DNA of 62,953 bases from Peptostreptococcaceae bacterium (GTDB lineage: Bacteria > Bacillota > Clostridia > Peptostreptococcales > BM714), in NCBI GenBank assembly GCA_016649995.1, contig JAENWJ010000004.1:1-62953 (forward strand). Reading direction: 5' to 3'. Under the pieces are notes generated by a model, which worked only from the letters and a program-made list of their open reading frames with translations, was not told where the DNA came from and ran no database searches. The position numbers and the translations under genes were made by a program. Numbering within the stretch: the stretch's first letter is position 1; the number at the start of each line of letters is the position of its first letter. Of the stretch, positions 9,002-18,438 are shown piece by piece.

Positions 9002-9077
9002 TGGTGGGCACAACAGGGCTCGAACCTGTGACCCCCTGCTTGTAAGGCAGGTGCTCTCCCAGCTGAGCTATGCGCCC
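9002..9077 (-). tRNA. tRNA-Val(TAC)
   Basis: Cloverleaf, loop CTTACAA. Confidence 0.95.
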
Positions 9078-9082
9078 ACTTT

Positions 9083-9157
9083 TGGTGACCCCTAGGGGAA
9101 TCGAACCCCTGTTACCGCCGTGAAAGGGCGGTGTCTTGACCGCTTGACCAAGGGGCC
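9083..9157 (-). tRNA. tRNA-Glu(TTC)
   Basis: Cloverleaf, loop CTTTCAC. Confidence 0.95.
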
Positions 9158-9163
9158 AAATAA

Positions 9164-9238
9164 TGGCTCCAAAGGTGAGATTCGAACTCACAGCCTACCG
9201 GTTAACAGCCGGGTGCTCCACCGTTGAGCTACTTTGGA
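9164..9238 (-). tRNA. tRNA-Asn(GTT)
   Basis: Cloverleaf, loop CTGTTAA. Confidence 0.95.
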
Positions 9239-9261
9239 ACATAGTTTTTAGCGACTGCATC

Positions 9262-9290
9262 ATAATACCAAATTCACGGTAAATTGTCAA
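9262..9290 (-). promoter_or_regulatory. Sigma-A promoter of the tRNA operon
   Basis: TTGACA (9290-9285)-17 bp-TATTAT (9267-9262) with extended TG. Confidence 0.85.
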
Positions 9291-9370
9291 CACAAATGGC
9301 GATTTTTAATATCAATTTATGATTCACAAATGATAATGTCCTCTTATACCACAAATGCCGATTTTTAATA

Positions 9371-10063
9371 TCAATAACCCCTCAAATTTATTTCTCCAAC
9401 ATGGGGCCTTACGGCTTCCATGATTTCTTCGGCTTCGATTTTGCTTAGAGGACTCAAGTTCTCATCGAAATGGCCCTCGGGAATGCGGAATTTCTGAAGT
9501 GCGTAGCTCTTAGCTCCCGAAACGAGATGCGCCAAGGCTTCCTTGTCAGAGGAGGGGTTATACTCTCTGGTAATAGTCGTTCTAAACTCGTAGTCTATAC
9601 CTGATTTTTTTATCATTTCAATCGATTCCTTCAGCTTGGGCAATTCATCTGCGCTGCACTTCGTCAAGGCGCAATATCTTTCCATTGTGCACTTAACATC
9701 CATTGCTACGAAGTCAAGCCATTTGCCGTCAAGCAGTTCCCTAATCATATCGGGGTTTGCTCCGTTGGTGTCAAGCTTTACTAGTTTTCCCATTCCTTTG
9801 ACTCTCCGCGCAAACTCCGGAAGTTCTTTGTGTATGGTCGGCTCACCGCCGCTTATGCATATGCCGTCAACCATTGCCGACCGTTTCTTGAGAAAAGCAA
9901 GCACCTCATCGGACGAAATCGCTTCAAGATTCGAACCGTTTTCAACCAATTCCCAATTGTGGCAATATGGGCATCTGAAATTGCAGCCTCCTACAAAGGC
10001 CGTTGTTGCTATCTTTCCGGGGTAATCCATCAGCGACACCCTTTGCCAGCCTCTAAACTGCAT
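9371..10063 (-). CDS. nrdG: Anaerobic ribonucleotide reductase activating radical SAM enzyme
   Basis: SLMDYPGK, GCNFRCPYCHN, SGGEPT, KLDTNG, YEFRTT. Abuts nrdD. Confidence 0.92.
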   Translation of the reverse strand: MQFRGWQRVSLMDYPGKIATTAFVGGCNFRCPYCHNWELVENGSNLEAISSDEVLAFLKKRSAMVDGICISGGEPTIHKELPEFARRVKGMGKLVKLDTNGANPDMIRELLDGKWLDFVAMDVKCTMERYCALTKCSADELPKLKESIEMIKKSGIDYEFRTTITREYNPSSDKEALAHLVSGAKSYALQKFRIPEGHFDENLSPLSKIEAEEIMEAVRPHVGEINLRGY

Positions 10064-12193
10064 TTAAAACGCTCCTGAGGCCTTTTGCATGCTGAAGACC
10101 TTTCTTTCTTTGTATTCTTCCCTTTTGCCCTTGTTCCAACTCTTAACCGGCCTGTGGAACCCTACAACCCTTGTCCATATTTCTGTTTCCGCGCCGCATT
10201 TCGGACAGGTGGGTTGCTCGCCTCTCAGGTATCCATGCACACCACAAACGGAAAAGGTAGGAGAAATTGTAAAATACGGTATCTCGTAATTTTCCATTAC
10301 CCTGCGTAATAGCAGCTTACATGTTTCCATGTCCTCTATGCTCTCCCCGAGGAAGCCGTGGAATACCGTTCCTCCAGTGTAAAGCGTCTGCAATGGTTCC
10401 TGAAGGTCAAGCGCTTCAAATAAATCCTCGGTATGTCCAACAGGCAACTGTGAGCTGTTTGTGTAGTATGGGACCTCGCTTCCGGCAGCGATTATGCCGG
10501 GATACATCTCCTTGTCCAGTTTTGCCAGCCGGTATGCCGTTCCCTCTGCAGGGGTAGCTTCCAGGTTGTAAAGGTTGCCTGTTTCCTCTTGGTATTCTCT
10601 CATGGCTTCTCTCATGTACTCCAGGGCTTCCACCGCGAATTTCAGTCCCTTTTCGGTTGTTATGTTTTCCTCATTTCCAAAGAAGTTCTCTATGCACTCG
10701 TTCATTCCATTGATGCCGATGGTAGAGAAATGATTTTTCCAGTAATCCCCCATTCCACTTTGCACTTCGGAAAGATAGAATTTGCTATATGGATACAACC
10801 CATTTACGGTACTTTTTTCTATCATCTTTCTTTTTGTTTCAAGAGATGATTTGGCAATGTCCATGATACGGCGCAGCCTCTCGAAAAAATCGGCCTTATC
10901 TTTGGAAACATAGCCCAGCCTTGGCATATTGACAGTAACCACCCCTATGCTTCCCGTAAGAGGATTTGCCCCGAAAAGGCCTCCCCCTCTTTTTCTGAGC
11001 TCGCGGTTGTCAAGACGGAGTCTGCAGCACATTGACCTTGCATCCTCGGGATCCATGTCAGAATTTACAAAATTCGCAAAATAGGGTATACCGTACTTGG
11101 CTGTCATTTCTATTACGCTGTCAAAAACAGGAGATTCCCAATCAAAATCCTTTGAAATATTGTATGTGGGAATTGGAAATGTAAAAATTCTACCCTTCGC
11201 ATCGCCCTCCATCATCACCTCGGAGAAGGCATTGTTTATCATGTCCATTTGCTCCTGGAATTCTCCGTAGGAGTATTCAAAATTATTTTTCCCCCCAATT
11301 ATAATCGGCATTTCCTTTAGATTATTAGGGCATATCAGGTCCATTGTCAGATTAACAAAAGGCGTTTGAAAGCCCACCCTTGTCGGGACATTCAGGTTGA
11401 AGATGAATTCCTGCATAGACTGTTTTACTTTTTTGTAATCCAGATTGTCAAATTTTACGAAAGGGGCCAGATATGTATCGAATGATGAAATTGCCTGAGC
11501 CCCTGCAGCTTCCCCTTGAAGGGTGTAAAAAAAGTTTACCAACTGCCCCAAAGCCGTTTTAAAATGCTTTGGCGGTTTGCTCTCAACCTTTCCCTCCGCC
11601 CCCTTGAAGCCCTTTAGAAGAAGGTCTTCAAAGCTCCATCCACAGCAATAGGGGGCCAAAAGCCCCAAATCGTGTATGTGAAAGTCCCCTTTTCTGTGGG
11701 CCTTGCTTATAGTATTGGTATAGACACGGTCAAGCCAAAAGTTCTTTGTAACCTCCGAGATTATGTGGTTGTTTAGCCCCTGAAGTGAAAAACCCATGTT
11801 CGAGTTTTCCTTTACGCGCCAGTTCTCCTCGGAAACATATTCATCCACAATTTTTTCGGCATCTATAAGGGATTTCTTAGTACTTCTTATATACTGATGG
11901 GTCATTCTGTATCTTATATATTCCCTTGCCGTTTTTCTCTCCCCCATTTCCATGAGAGTTTCTTCGACTGCGTCCTGTATTTCTTCAACCGACGGATATT
12001 CACGATTGTAACTTTTCTTTTCCATATTATATATAACTTTGTCGGAAATGACCTCCGACAATTTTTTAAGTTCATTAGCGTTCCTATCCAGGTAAACGCT
12101 TATCATTCCCTGATAAATGGCATTTGTTATTTTATCCTTTCGGAATTCCACGACCTGCTTATCTCTTTTTATCACTTTCTCGTACATGGTCAT
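10064..12193 (-). CDS. nrdD: Class III (anaerobic) ribonucleoside-triphosphate reductase with ATP cone
   Basis: N-terminal ATP cone (VIKRD), HIHDL, PYCCGW, RSMCCRL finger loop, EATPAE, C-terminal Zn ribbon and TRVVGFHRPV glycyl-radical loop. Confidence 0.95.
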   Translation of the reverse strand: MTMYEKVIKRDKQVVEFRKDKITNAIYQGMISVYLDRNANELKKLSEVISDKVIYNMEKKSYNREYPSVEEIQDAVEETLMEMGERKTAREYIRYRMTHQYIRSTKKSLIDAEKIVDEYVSEENWRVKENSNMGFSLQGLNNHIISEVTKNFWLDRVYTNTISKAHRKGDFHIHDLGLLAPYCCGWSFEDLLLKGFKGAEGKVESKPPKHFKTALGQLVNFFYTLQGEAAGAQAISSFDTYLAPFVKFDNLDYKKVKQSMQEFIFNLNVPTRVGFQTPFVNLTMDLICPNNLKEMPIIIGGKNNFEYSYGEFQEQMDMINNAFSEVMMEGDAKGRIFTFPIPTYNISKDFDWESPVFDSVIEMTAKYGIPYFANFVNSDMDPEDARSMCCRLRLDNRELRKRGGGLFGANPLTGSIGVVTVNMPRLGYVSKDKADFFERLRRIMDIAKSSLETKRKMIEKSTVNGLYPYSKFYLSEVQSGMGDYWKNHFSTIGINGMNECIENFFGNEENITTEKGLKFAVEALEYMREAMREYQEETGNLYNLEATPAEGTAYRLAKLDKEMYPGIIAAGSEVPYYTNSSQLPVGHTEDLFEALDLQEPLQTLYTGGTVFHGFLGESIEDMETCKLLLRRVMENYEIPYFTISPTFSVCGVHGYLRGEQPTCPKCGAETEIWTRVVGFHRPVKSWNKGKREEYKERKVFSMQKASGAF

Positions 12194-12284
12194 ACCCCTT
12201 TCGCAAATGCAAATATTCAGGCCTTTTAGTACTGTTTACAGCCTATTCCTCTCAAACAAAAATAATATTCCTAAAAACAAGTTT

Positions 12285-12331
12285 ATACTACATATGGTAC
12301 TTAATCAAGATTTAATAACGATATTTTGTTG
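12285..12331. promoter_or_regulatory. Tandem NrdR boxes
   Basis: ATACTACATATGGTAC (12285-12300) and TAACGATATTTTGTTG (12316-12331), 31 bp apart, fit acaCwAtATaTwGtg upstream of nrdD. Confidence 0.8.
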
Positions 12332-12451
12332 ATTGCATATATTTATTTGGTAAAAAAAATCACAACCTTAAAAACACAAAAAAAAATCTCAAGCGGCCTA
12401 CAGCAGCATACCGCCTGAGATTTTACGCAAATTTGACTGCAATTATTCAAA

Positions 12452-12682
12452 CTATCCAAGAAGCCTATCTAATTCGGCTTTGTTGAATCCTTCTATAGTT
12501 TCTTCTCCGATTTGAATTACAGGAACTCCCATGAAGCCCATTTTCATTAGTTCTTTTCTTGCTTCCATGTCTGTGGAAACATTCTTTTCTACAAATTCTA
12601 CACCTTTTTCATTAAGATACTCTTTAGCAACTTTGCAATAATGGCAAGTTGAACTTGAAAAAACTACTACCTCTTTATTCAT
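12452..12682 (-). CDS. NrdH/glutaredoxin-like redoxin
   Basis: TCHYCKVAK (CxxC), GVPVI, IEGF. SD AGAGGAGGA. Confidence 0.9.
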   Translation of the reverse strand: MNKEVVVFSSSTCHYCKVAKEYLNEKGVEFVEKNVSTDMEARKELMKMGFMGVPVIQIGEETIEGFNKAELDRLLG

Positions 12683-12728
12683 ATTATTATTCCTCCTCTA
12701 AATTTTTTAACCTTTGACTTAATACACT

Positions 12729-13034
12729 TTAGCAGCTGCGGCTTGCCCCTCCACCAAGGGGTTTAACGATAAAACCTCTGGCGAAAAAACTATTCTGGTA
12801 ATCAACGCTGAATTCCCCGCCCATTTCCAGTATGTCTTTCTCGACTACATACGTTACATCATCATGGCTTTCAGTATAGTCATTTTCCTTTTGCTTATCC
12901 AAAGCAATTCCAAAGTTTGGGCCACCTCATCCAAACCCTTCCATGGTTATTCTGATTACTGGACTTTCCATTTTCTTATCATTGACGATTTCGGCTATCT
13001 TTTCCCTAGCCTTAGACGTTACGCTTATATTCAT
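12729..13034 (-). CDS. HesB-like selenoprotein (in-frame UGA = Sec36), 101 aa
   Basis: MNISVTSKAREKIAEIVNDKKMESPVIRITMEGFG(U)GGPNFGIALDKQKENDYTESHDDVTYVVEKDILEMGGEFSVDYQNSFFARGFIVKPLGGGASRSC*. TGA at 12929-12927 in the G-U-G-G-P motif; SD AAAGGAG. Confidence 0.88.
12891..12907 (-). promoter_or_regulatory. Putative bacterial SECIS apical hairpin
   Basis: UUGCUU-UGGAU-AAGCAA stem-loop starting 20 nt after the UGA, with a G-containing loop. Confidence 0.65.
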
Positions 13035-13068
13035 TATACCATTCTCCTTTTTAGTTTAAACCTTTTCT

Positions 13069-13083
13069 TACCCCCATGGGGTA
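13069..13083. promoter_or_regulatory. CsoR/CstR-like operator
   Basis: TACCCCCATGGGGTA C/G-tract pseudo-palindrome just downstream of a TG-TATAAT -10 (13101-13096). Confidence 0.6.
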
Positions 13084-13260
13084 TTATATTTTTATATTAT
13101 AGCATTATTTCGCAAACGTCAAGTCATAATCGCGATTTTTTTATCAATAGCAAAAACCGGACATGGTCCCTGTCCCCTTGTCCGGTTTTTGTCTGTCTGT
13201 ACGATTTTGCGCAAAATAAAAAGGATCCGACTGATACGCCGGACCCTTTTGTTATTTCTA

Positions 13261-14673
13261 TTATCCTAGTTTTTTGGAGAAAATTGCAAGAACCACGATG
13301 ATTCCAACACCGAATATCATTAGGCTCTTTGAAGCAATTGCAATTATGCCGTTAACAGCTACGAAAGCTATTGCAACTGGAATAAAATATTTAACGGTAT
13401 AATACCAAACATTAAAGAGAGCAAACTTGATTGTTCCACCATTTGTAAGCTCGTCCTCGAGGTCTTCCTTCTTCATAAACCATCCAACGGCGATAGCTAG
13501 TAACATTCCGCCAATAGCAAGGAAGATTTTGTCTGTCAGTATATCGAAGAAGTCGAAAGCTCCTACTCCGAGGAATGTAACTCCGGACATGACTCCGAGA
13601 GATAGTGATGACAGTATGCCTGTAACAACCATGATTCCTGAAGTAAGGTAAACGGCAGGTTTTCTTTCCATGCCTCTTGAGTCAATCATGTATGATACAA
13701 CAACTTCCATGAGAGATACGGAAGATGTAAGTGCTGCAACCGTCAATGCTATGAAGAATAAAGCTGAGAACAAGGTTCCTATTCCGCCCATTGCGGCGAA
13801 TATTTGCGGTACTACTACGAAAACGAGTCCAGGTCCTTGCTCAGGCTCCATGCCGAATGCGAAGAGAGCAGGAAATATTGCAAGACCTGCAAGAAGCGCT
13901 ACGCCTGTATCCATCAGTGTAACCATGAGTGCGTTGCTATGAAGATTTTCACTCTTGTTGAGATAACTACCATAGGTCATCATACAACCCATACCTAGGC
14001 TGAGAGAGAAGAAAGCCTGTCCCAATGCAGCTAAGTATGTATATTTGGTAACTTTGGAGAAGTCCGGCTTGAACAAGAACTCGAGTCCGGCGCCTGCGCC
14101 CGGAAGAGTCATGCTTCTCATAGCGATAAGCATAAGAAGTACGAAAAGTGTAGGCATAAGTACTTTACCCGCTTTTTCAATACCTCCCGATATTCCTTTG
14201 GCTACGATCAATGTATTCATTGCAAGGAAAACAAGGAACCAAATGATAGGTTGCGTCGGGCTTGTTTTGAATCCGCCAAACACATCGCCTATTGCATCTG
14301 GAGCAGCCAAAAGACCTGAGAACGACTTGAAAATGTACGCTACTGACCAACCACCGACTACAGGATAGAATCCCATGATAAAGAATCCACTCAAAACTCC
14401 CAATACACCTGCAAATGTCCATCTGTTGCCTATGGTTTTGTAGGCACCTACAGCAGATTGTTGAGTTCTTCTACCAACTGCAAATTCTGCAATCATGATG
14501 CTTAGTCCAACAACCATTACGAAAAATAAATAAATAATGATAAATGCGCCACCACCGTTTTCTCCGGTCATGTATGGGAATCTCCAGATATTCCCTAGGC
14601 CAACTGCCGAACCTGCTGCCGCCATAAGGAATCCCATGCGTGATCCCCAATTGTCTCGTTGTTTCGTTTCCAC
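13261..14673 (-). CDS. Sodium-dependent transporter, NSS/SNF family
   Basis: GSAVGLGNIWRFPY...GGGAF, GQAFFSLSLG, GPGLVF signatures; ~12 TM segments. Confidence 0.93.
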   Translation of the reverse strand: METKQRDNWGSRMGFLMAAAGSAVGLGNIWRFPYMTGENGGGAFIIIYLFFVMVVGLSIMIAEFAVGRRTQQSAVGAYKTIGNRWTFAGVLGVLSGFFIMGFYPVVGGWSVAYIFKSFSGLLAAPDAIGDVFGGFKTSPTQPIIWFLVFLAMNTLIVAKGISGGIEKAGKVLMPTLFVLLMLIAMRSMTLPGAGAGLEFLFKPDFSKVTKYTYLAALGQAFFSLSLGMGCMMTYGSYLNKSENLHSNALMVTLMDTGVALLAGLAIFPALFAFGMEPEQGPGLVFVVVPQIFAAMGGIGTLFSALFFIALTVAALTSSVSLMEVVVSYMIDSRGMERKPAVYLTSGIMVVTGILSSLSLGVMSGVTFLGVGAFDFFDILTDKIFLAIGGMLLAIAVGWFMKKEDLEDELTNGGTIKFALFNVWYYTVKYFIPVAIAFVAVNGIIAIASKSLMIFGVGIIVVLAIFSKKLG

Positions 14674-15072
14674 TAAATAACCCCTCCTTTAAAATATGTT
14701 AGTATGAAAAAAATGGATATATAATTCAGTCAAGACCGTCAATTTTGCTTAGTCTTGACAAATTACCACTTTTGCTACAGCATATTGATACAAATCTGTA
14801 TTTACCTTTATTCTCTATATGTAATGTTTATTCCTTCTATACCTTTATGTTTTTAGAAAATTTTCATAATAAATTTATATTGAGTCTCCGCATTATTATA
14901 TGTGTTTCCCACTTCACTCGCCACGCGGCTTATATTTCTTACTATTTAACATAGCATAATAATACAAGCTTTTCAATATACAAAAATGCACTTCTGAATT
15001 CCAATAGCCCATTCACGTCAGTCCAATGGCTCATCACGGTCTCAAATCAGCATCTCGGCTCGTTATATATAT

Positions 15073-15126
15073 AACCTCAAAGAGCATGGTTATGCGGGGC
15101 GTTGCATAACCATGCTCTTTGAGGTT
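15073..15126. repeat. 23-bp perfect inverted repeat
   Basis: AACCTCAAAGAGCATGGTTATGC-8 nt-GCATAACCATGCTCTTTGAGGTT. Confidence 0.95.
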
Positions 15127-15348
15127 GTTGTATACATTATTCTGAATATTTTTTACAAGGTTTGCGAACATAAAAACTGATTAATTTAATTATTACTTAA
15201 TTTTTTAAATATCAGTTAATGTATAACTATTTAAACATTTCAGACATTTTTAGACAATCATCCTCAAAAAAATATAACTTTGCCTTAATATTCAATTAAA
15301 TATTAAGGTAAGGTTATATAAGCACAGCTTAATATTTTAAAGTATTTT

Positions 15349-15858
15349 TTATTGGCTTCTGTTTCCCTTCAGGTACTTTAAAAGCAACGGTATCAAAAGC
15401 AATTGAATCGCTATTCCCGGGATTCCCGTCAAAACAGCTCCCTGAAGATAAATTAAGGGATTTATTTTCACTCCGAAAAGAACTACTAAAACATATACCA
15501 TTCCCCCTGCCGCCAATCGACCCACAACCATCGCCACAATCAGTGCAATAATAGGTATGCGCCTTTTGCTTCCTGAAATCAGCGCCGTCACGAGACCGTA
15601 TATTCCCAATTCAACTGACATGATTATAGCTATCGGAAAAAGTACCGGCATTCCGGTGACCAATGTGTTTAGAAACGGAGCCAGCAGTCCTACTATAAAC
15701 GCCATCAAGGGAGAAAGGAAAAAACCAGCCAGAAGAACCGGGATGTGCATTGGAAGAAAAATTCTCCCGTCTATTCCACTCATGTGGAAAATCGACGACA
15801 ATATCACTGAAACAGCCAGGAAAAGAGCCGCCTTTGTCATTTGTCTTGTTTCTTTCAT
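15349..15858 (-). CDS. ECF transporter S component
   Basis: FLPMHIPVLLAG, TGMP, EL..YG, GR, PGIAIQ motifs; ~5-6 TM segments. Confidence 0.85.
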   Translation of the reverse strand: MKETRQMTKAALFLAVSVILSSIFHMSGIDGRIFLPMHIPVLLAGFFLSPLMAFIVGLLAPFLNTLVTGMPVLFPIAIIMSVELGIYGLVTALISGSKRRIPIIALIVAMVVGRLAAGGMVYVLVVLFGVKINPLIYLQGAVLTGIPGIAIQLLLIPLLLKYLKGNRSQ

Positions 15859-15877
15859 TTGAATACCCCTTTCTAAA

Positions 15878-15908
15878 AAACCCGCAAAATATTTTCTTTG
15901 CGGGTTTT
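15878..15908 (-). terminator. Terminator after his-ndk operon
   Basis: AAACCCGCAAA...TTTGCGGGTTT plus U-tract. Confidence 0.8.
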
Positions 15909-15942
15909 ATTGTAACCAATTTGCTTTTGTTTTGCAACAGTT

Positions 15943-16344
15943 TCATTCAAACCAGATGCCTATTTCCTCTTTTGCAGCATTCACATCTTCCGAGCCGTGC
16001 ACGGCATTAGCCTCTACATCACTTCCATATAGATTTCTTATGGTGCCTTTCTCAGCATTGGCGGGATCGGTGGCTCCGTTAATTCCTCTAACGCGCGCGA
16101 CTGCGGATTCTCCCGTTATTACAAGAGCCATGACCTTGCCACTCGACATAAATGCAATTAGCGAATCGAAAAAAGGCCTTTCTGAATGCGCTTTGTAGTG
16201 CCTCCTAAGAATCTCTTCTGATGGAACTAGCACTATGGCTTTTTCTATCAAAAGACCTCCAGATTCATATATCGAGATGATGTTTCCAATATTGCCTTTT
16301 GAAAAGGCGTCGGGTTTTATAACAACCAATGTTTTTTCCATCAT
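15943..16344 (-). CDS. ndk: Nucleoside diphosphate kinase
   Basis: [14 protein letters not shown]...GTIR, NAVHGS. Confidence 0.95.
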   Translation of the reverse strand: MMEKTLVVIKPDAFSKGNIGNIISIYESGGLLIEKAIVLVPSEEILRRHYKAHSERPFFDSLIAFMSSGKVMALVITGESAVARVRGINGATDPANAEKGTIRNLYGSDVEANAVHGSEDVNAAKEEIGIWFE

Positions 16345-16961
16345 TTGAATCTTCCGGCAAGTTCTCTTTTTACAGCGTTGATATTCGTCTCTTTTTGCTC
16401 GAGAAGAACCATCAAATGATATATTAGATCGGCGGCTTCATATACAAGCTCTTCGGTCCCTTCATTCTTGGCTGCTATTATTACCTCTGCAGATTCTTCC
16501 CCGACCTTTTTCAAAATCTTGTCGATTCCCTTGTTGAATAGATACCGTGTGTAAGAGTTCTCATCATCGCCTTCTTTTCTTTCTTTAATGACTCTTTCAA
16601 GCCTGTCGAGTATATCTTCCTGCACTTCCGTTGTTTCAGACTCGTAAAGCCTTCTGTAAAAGCATGAAGTGTTGCCCGTATGGCAGGCAGGTCCCGCAGG
16701 ATCCACTTTTACGAGAAGGGTATCGGCGTCGCAGTCATAATCGATTGATACGACTTTCTGTATATTGCCCGAGGTCTCGCCCTTGTTCCAAAGTCTTTTT
16801 CTGCTTCGGCTGTAGAACCACGTTGTTTCCGTTTCGAGTGTTTTTTCAATAGACTGTTCATTCATGTATGCAACCATTAGAACCTGCCCCGTGGCATTAT
16901 CCTGTACAACGGCAGGAAGGAGCCCCTTTTCATCAAACTTCAATTTCACATCCATATTCAT
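16341..16961 (-). CDS. hisIE: Bifunctional phosphoribosyl-AMP cyclohydrolase/phosphoribosyl-ATP pyrophosphatase
   Basis: [31 protein letters not shown]. Confidence 0.95.
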   Translation of the reverse strand: MNMDVKLKFDEKGLLPAVVQDNATGQVLMVAYMNEQSIEKTLETETTWFYSRSRKRLWNKGETSGNIQKVVSIDYDCDADTLLVKVDPAGPACHTGNTSCFYRRLYESETTEVQEDILDRLERVIKERKEGDDENSYTRYLFNKGIDKILKKVGEESAEVIIAAKNEGTEELVYEAADLIYHLMVLLEQKETNINAVKRELAGRFK

Positions 16962-17725
16962 TTCAATCGTCTCCTCATGGGAACACCATTATTTTCGAGA
17001 TATTCTTTTAGTTCATCAATTTTTATTTCCTTGTAATGGAATACCGAGGCCGCCAAAGCCGCATCGGCCTTGCCTTTTTCAAATACTTCAAGAAAGTGCT
17101 CTTTCTTTCCCGCGCCGCCCGAGGCTATGACCGGAACATTAACAGATTCGGAGACAAGCCTTGTCAATTCAATACTGTAACCTTCCTTTACGCCATCGGA
17201 ATCTATTGCATTCAGGCATATTTCGCCCGCTCCCAATGCGACTCCCTTTTTAGCCCATTCCAGGGCATCTATCCCGGTATCCACTCTTCCCCCGTTTATA
17301 TAGATTGTCCATTTTCCCTCTCTCAGCCATTTAACATCCATTGAAAGCATAACACACTGGTTGCCGAATTTAAGTGCCGCTTCCCTTATAAGCTCGGGAC
17401 GTAAAACTGCGGCCGTATTTACAGATACCTTGTCTGCTCCCGCCTTGAGAACCTTGTTGAAATCTTCAACGCTGCGAATCCCGCCTCCAATTGTAAAGGG
17501 TATGTTTATCTGCTCTGCGGTCTTCTCAACCACATTTAAAAAAATATCCCTTTTTTCATTTGAAGCCGTTATATCGTAAAAGACCAGCTCGTCTGCCATC
17601 TCGTTTCTGTAAAATTTCGCCAATGAAACGGGATCCTCAACATCCTGCACGTCTTGGAATTTCTTTCCCTTTACCACCCTTCCGTTTCTGACATCAAGGC
17701 ATGGTATTATTCTTTTGGTCAGCAT
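16958..17725 (-). CDS. hisF: Imidazole glycerol phosphate synthase cyclase subunit
   Basis: [28 protein letters not shown]. Confidence 0.97.
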   Translation of the reverse strand: MLTKRIIPCLDVRNGRVVKGKKFQDVQDVEDPVSLAKFYRNEMADELVFYDITASNEKRDIFLNVVEKTAEQINIPFTIGGGIRSVEDFNKVLKAGADKVSVNTAAVLRPELIREAALKFGNQCVMLSMDVKWLREGKWTIYINGGRVDTGIDALEWAKKGVALGAGEICLNAIDSDGVKEGYSIELTRLVSESVNVPVIASGGAGKKEHFLEVFEKGKADAALAASVFHYKEIKIDELKEYLENNGVPMRRRLK

Positions 17726-18438
17726 GACGACACCTCGAGCGCTTCCTCAAGCGCAAGCGTACCTTCATAGAGAGCTTTGCCTGTTATAGCCCCATAGAGA
17801 CCCATTTGAGCGAGTTTTTTCACATGGTCTATGTTTCCTATGCCTCCCGATGCTATTATATCCATTTGGGTTGCTTCCTGCAATTTGGCAAGCTCCTCTA
17901 AATTAGGACCCACTAGTGTTCCATCCTTGGCTATGTCCGTATATACAATTGTTTTTACGCCCTTTTGCTGCAGGTCCTTAGCGAATGCGACAGCATCTAT
18001 CTCGCTCGTCTCCATCCAGCCCTCCGTGCAAACCATTCCTTTTTTGGCGTCTATTGATACGACGACTTTTTCTGCGCCAACCTTTTGAATGAGCTCAGAA
18101 ACAATTTCAGGATTCTTTACCGCAGCCGTTCCCAGAATGACCCTCGATACTCCAAGCTCTATCCAGTCTACCGCTATTTCAACGGTCCTTATGCCTCCGC
18201 CCAATTGCACAGGAACATCTACCGCCTCCAGTATCTTTTTTACCGCTTCCCTGTTTTTGCCTTTGCCGTGAAGTGCTCCGTCAAGATCCACCATGTGGAT
18301 ATATTCAGCGCCTTTGTCTTTCCATGCAAGGGCAGCCTCGGTCGGGTCATCGAAATACACTGTCTTTTGATCGAATTCACCCCTAAGAAGCCTGACGCAC
18401 TTGCCTTCCTTGATGTCTATTGCCGGAAATATCATCAT
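17719..18438 (-). CDS. hisA: ProFAR isomerase
   Basis: [37 protein letters not shown]. Confidence 0.97.
   Translation of the reverse strand: MMIFPAIDIKEGKCVRLLRGEFDQKTVYFDDPTEAALAWKDKGAEYIHMVDLDGALHGKGKNREAVKKILEAVDVPVQLGGGIRTVEIAVDWIELGVSRVILGTAAVKNPEIVSELIQKVGAEKVVVSIDAKKGMVCTEGWMETSEIDAVAFAKDLQQKGVKTIVYTDIAKDGTLVGPNLEELAKLQEATQMDIIASGGIGNIDHVKKLAQMGLYGAITGKALYEGTLALEEALEVSSC

Noticed and set aside
10064..12193. Possible intein or intron in nrdD (a common insertion site)
   Set aside because: Continuous 709-aa frame of normal size with no splice motifs.
12864..13301. 145-aa plus-strand ORF
   Set aside because: Antisense to the selenoprotein gene and runs across promoter and terminators; no SD or motifs.
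14674..15348. T-box, lysine, glycine, SAM or TPP riboswitch upstream of the NSS transporter
   Set aside because: No T-box (GGTGGNACCGCG) or other aptamer signature found by eye; needs Infernal to exclude fully.
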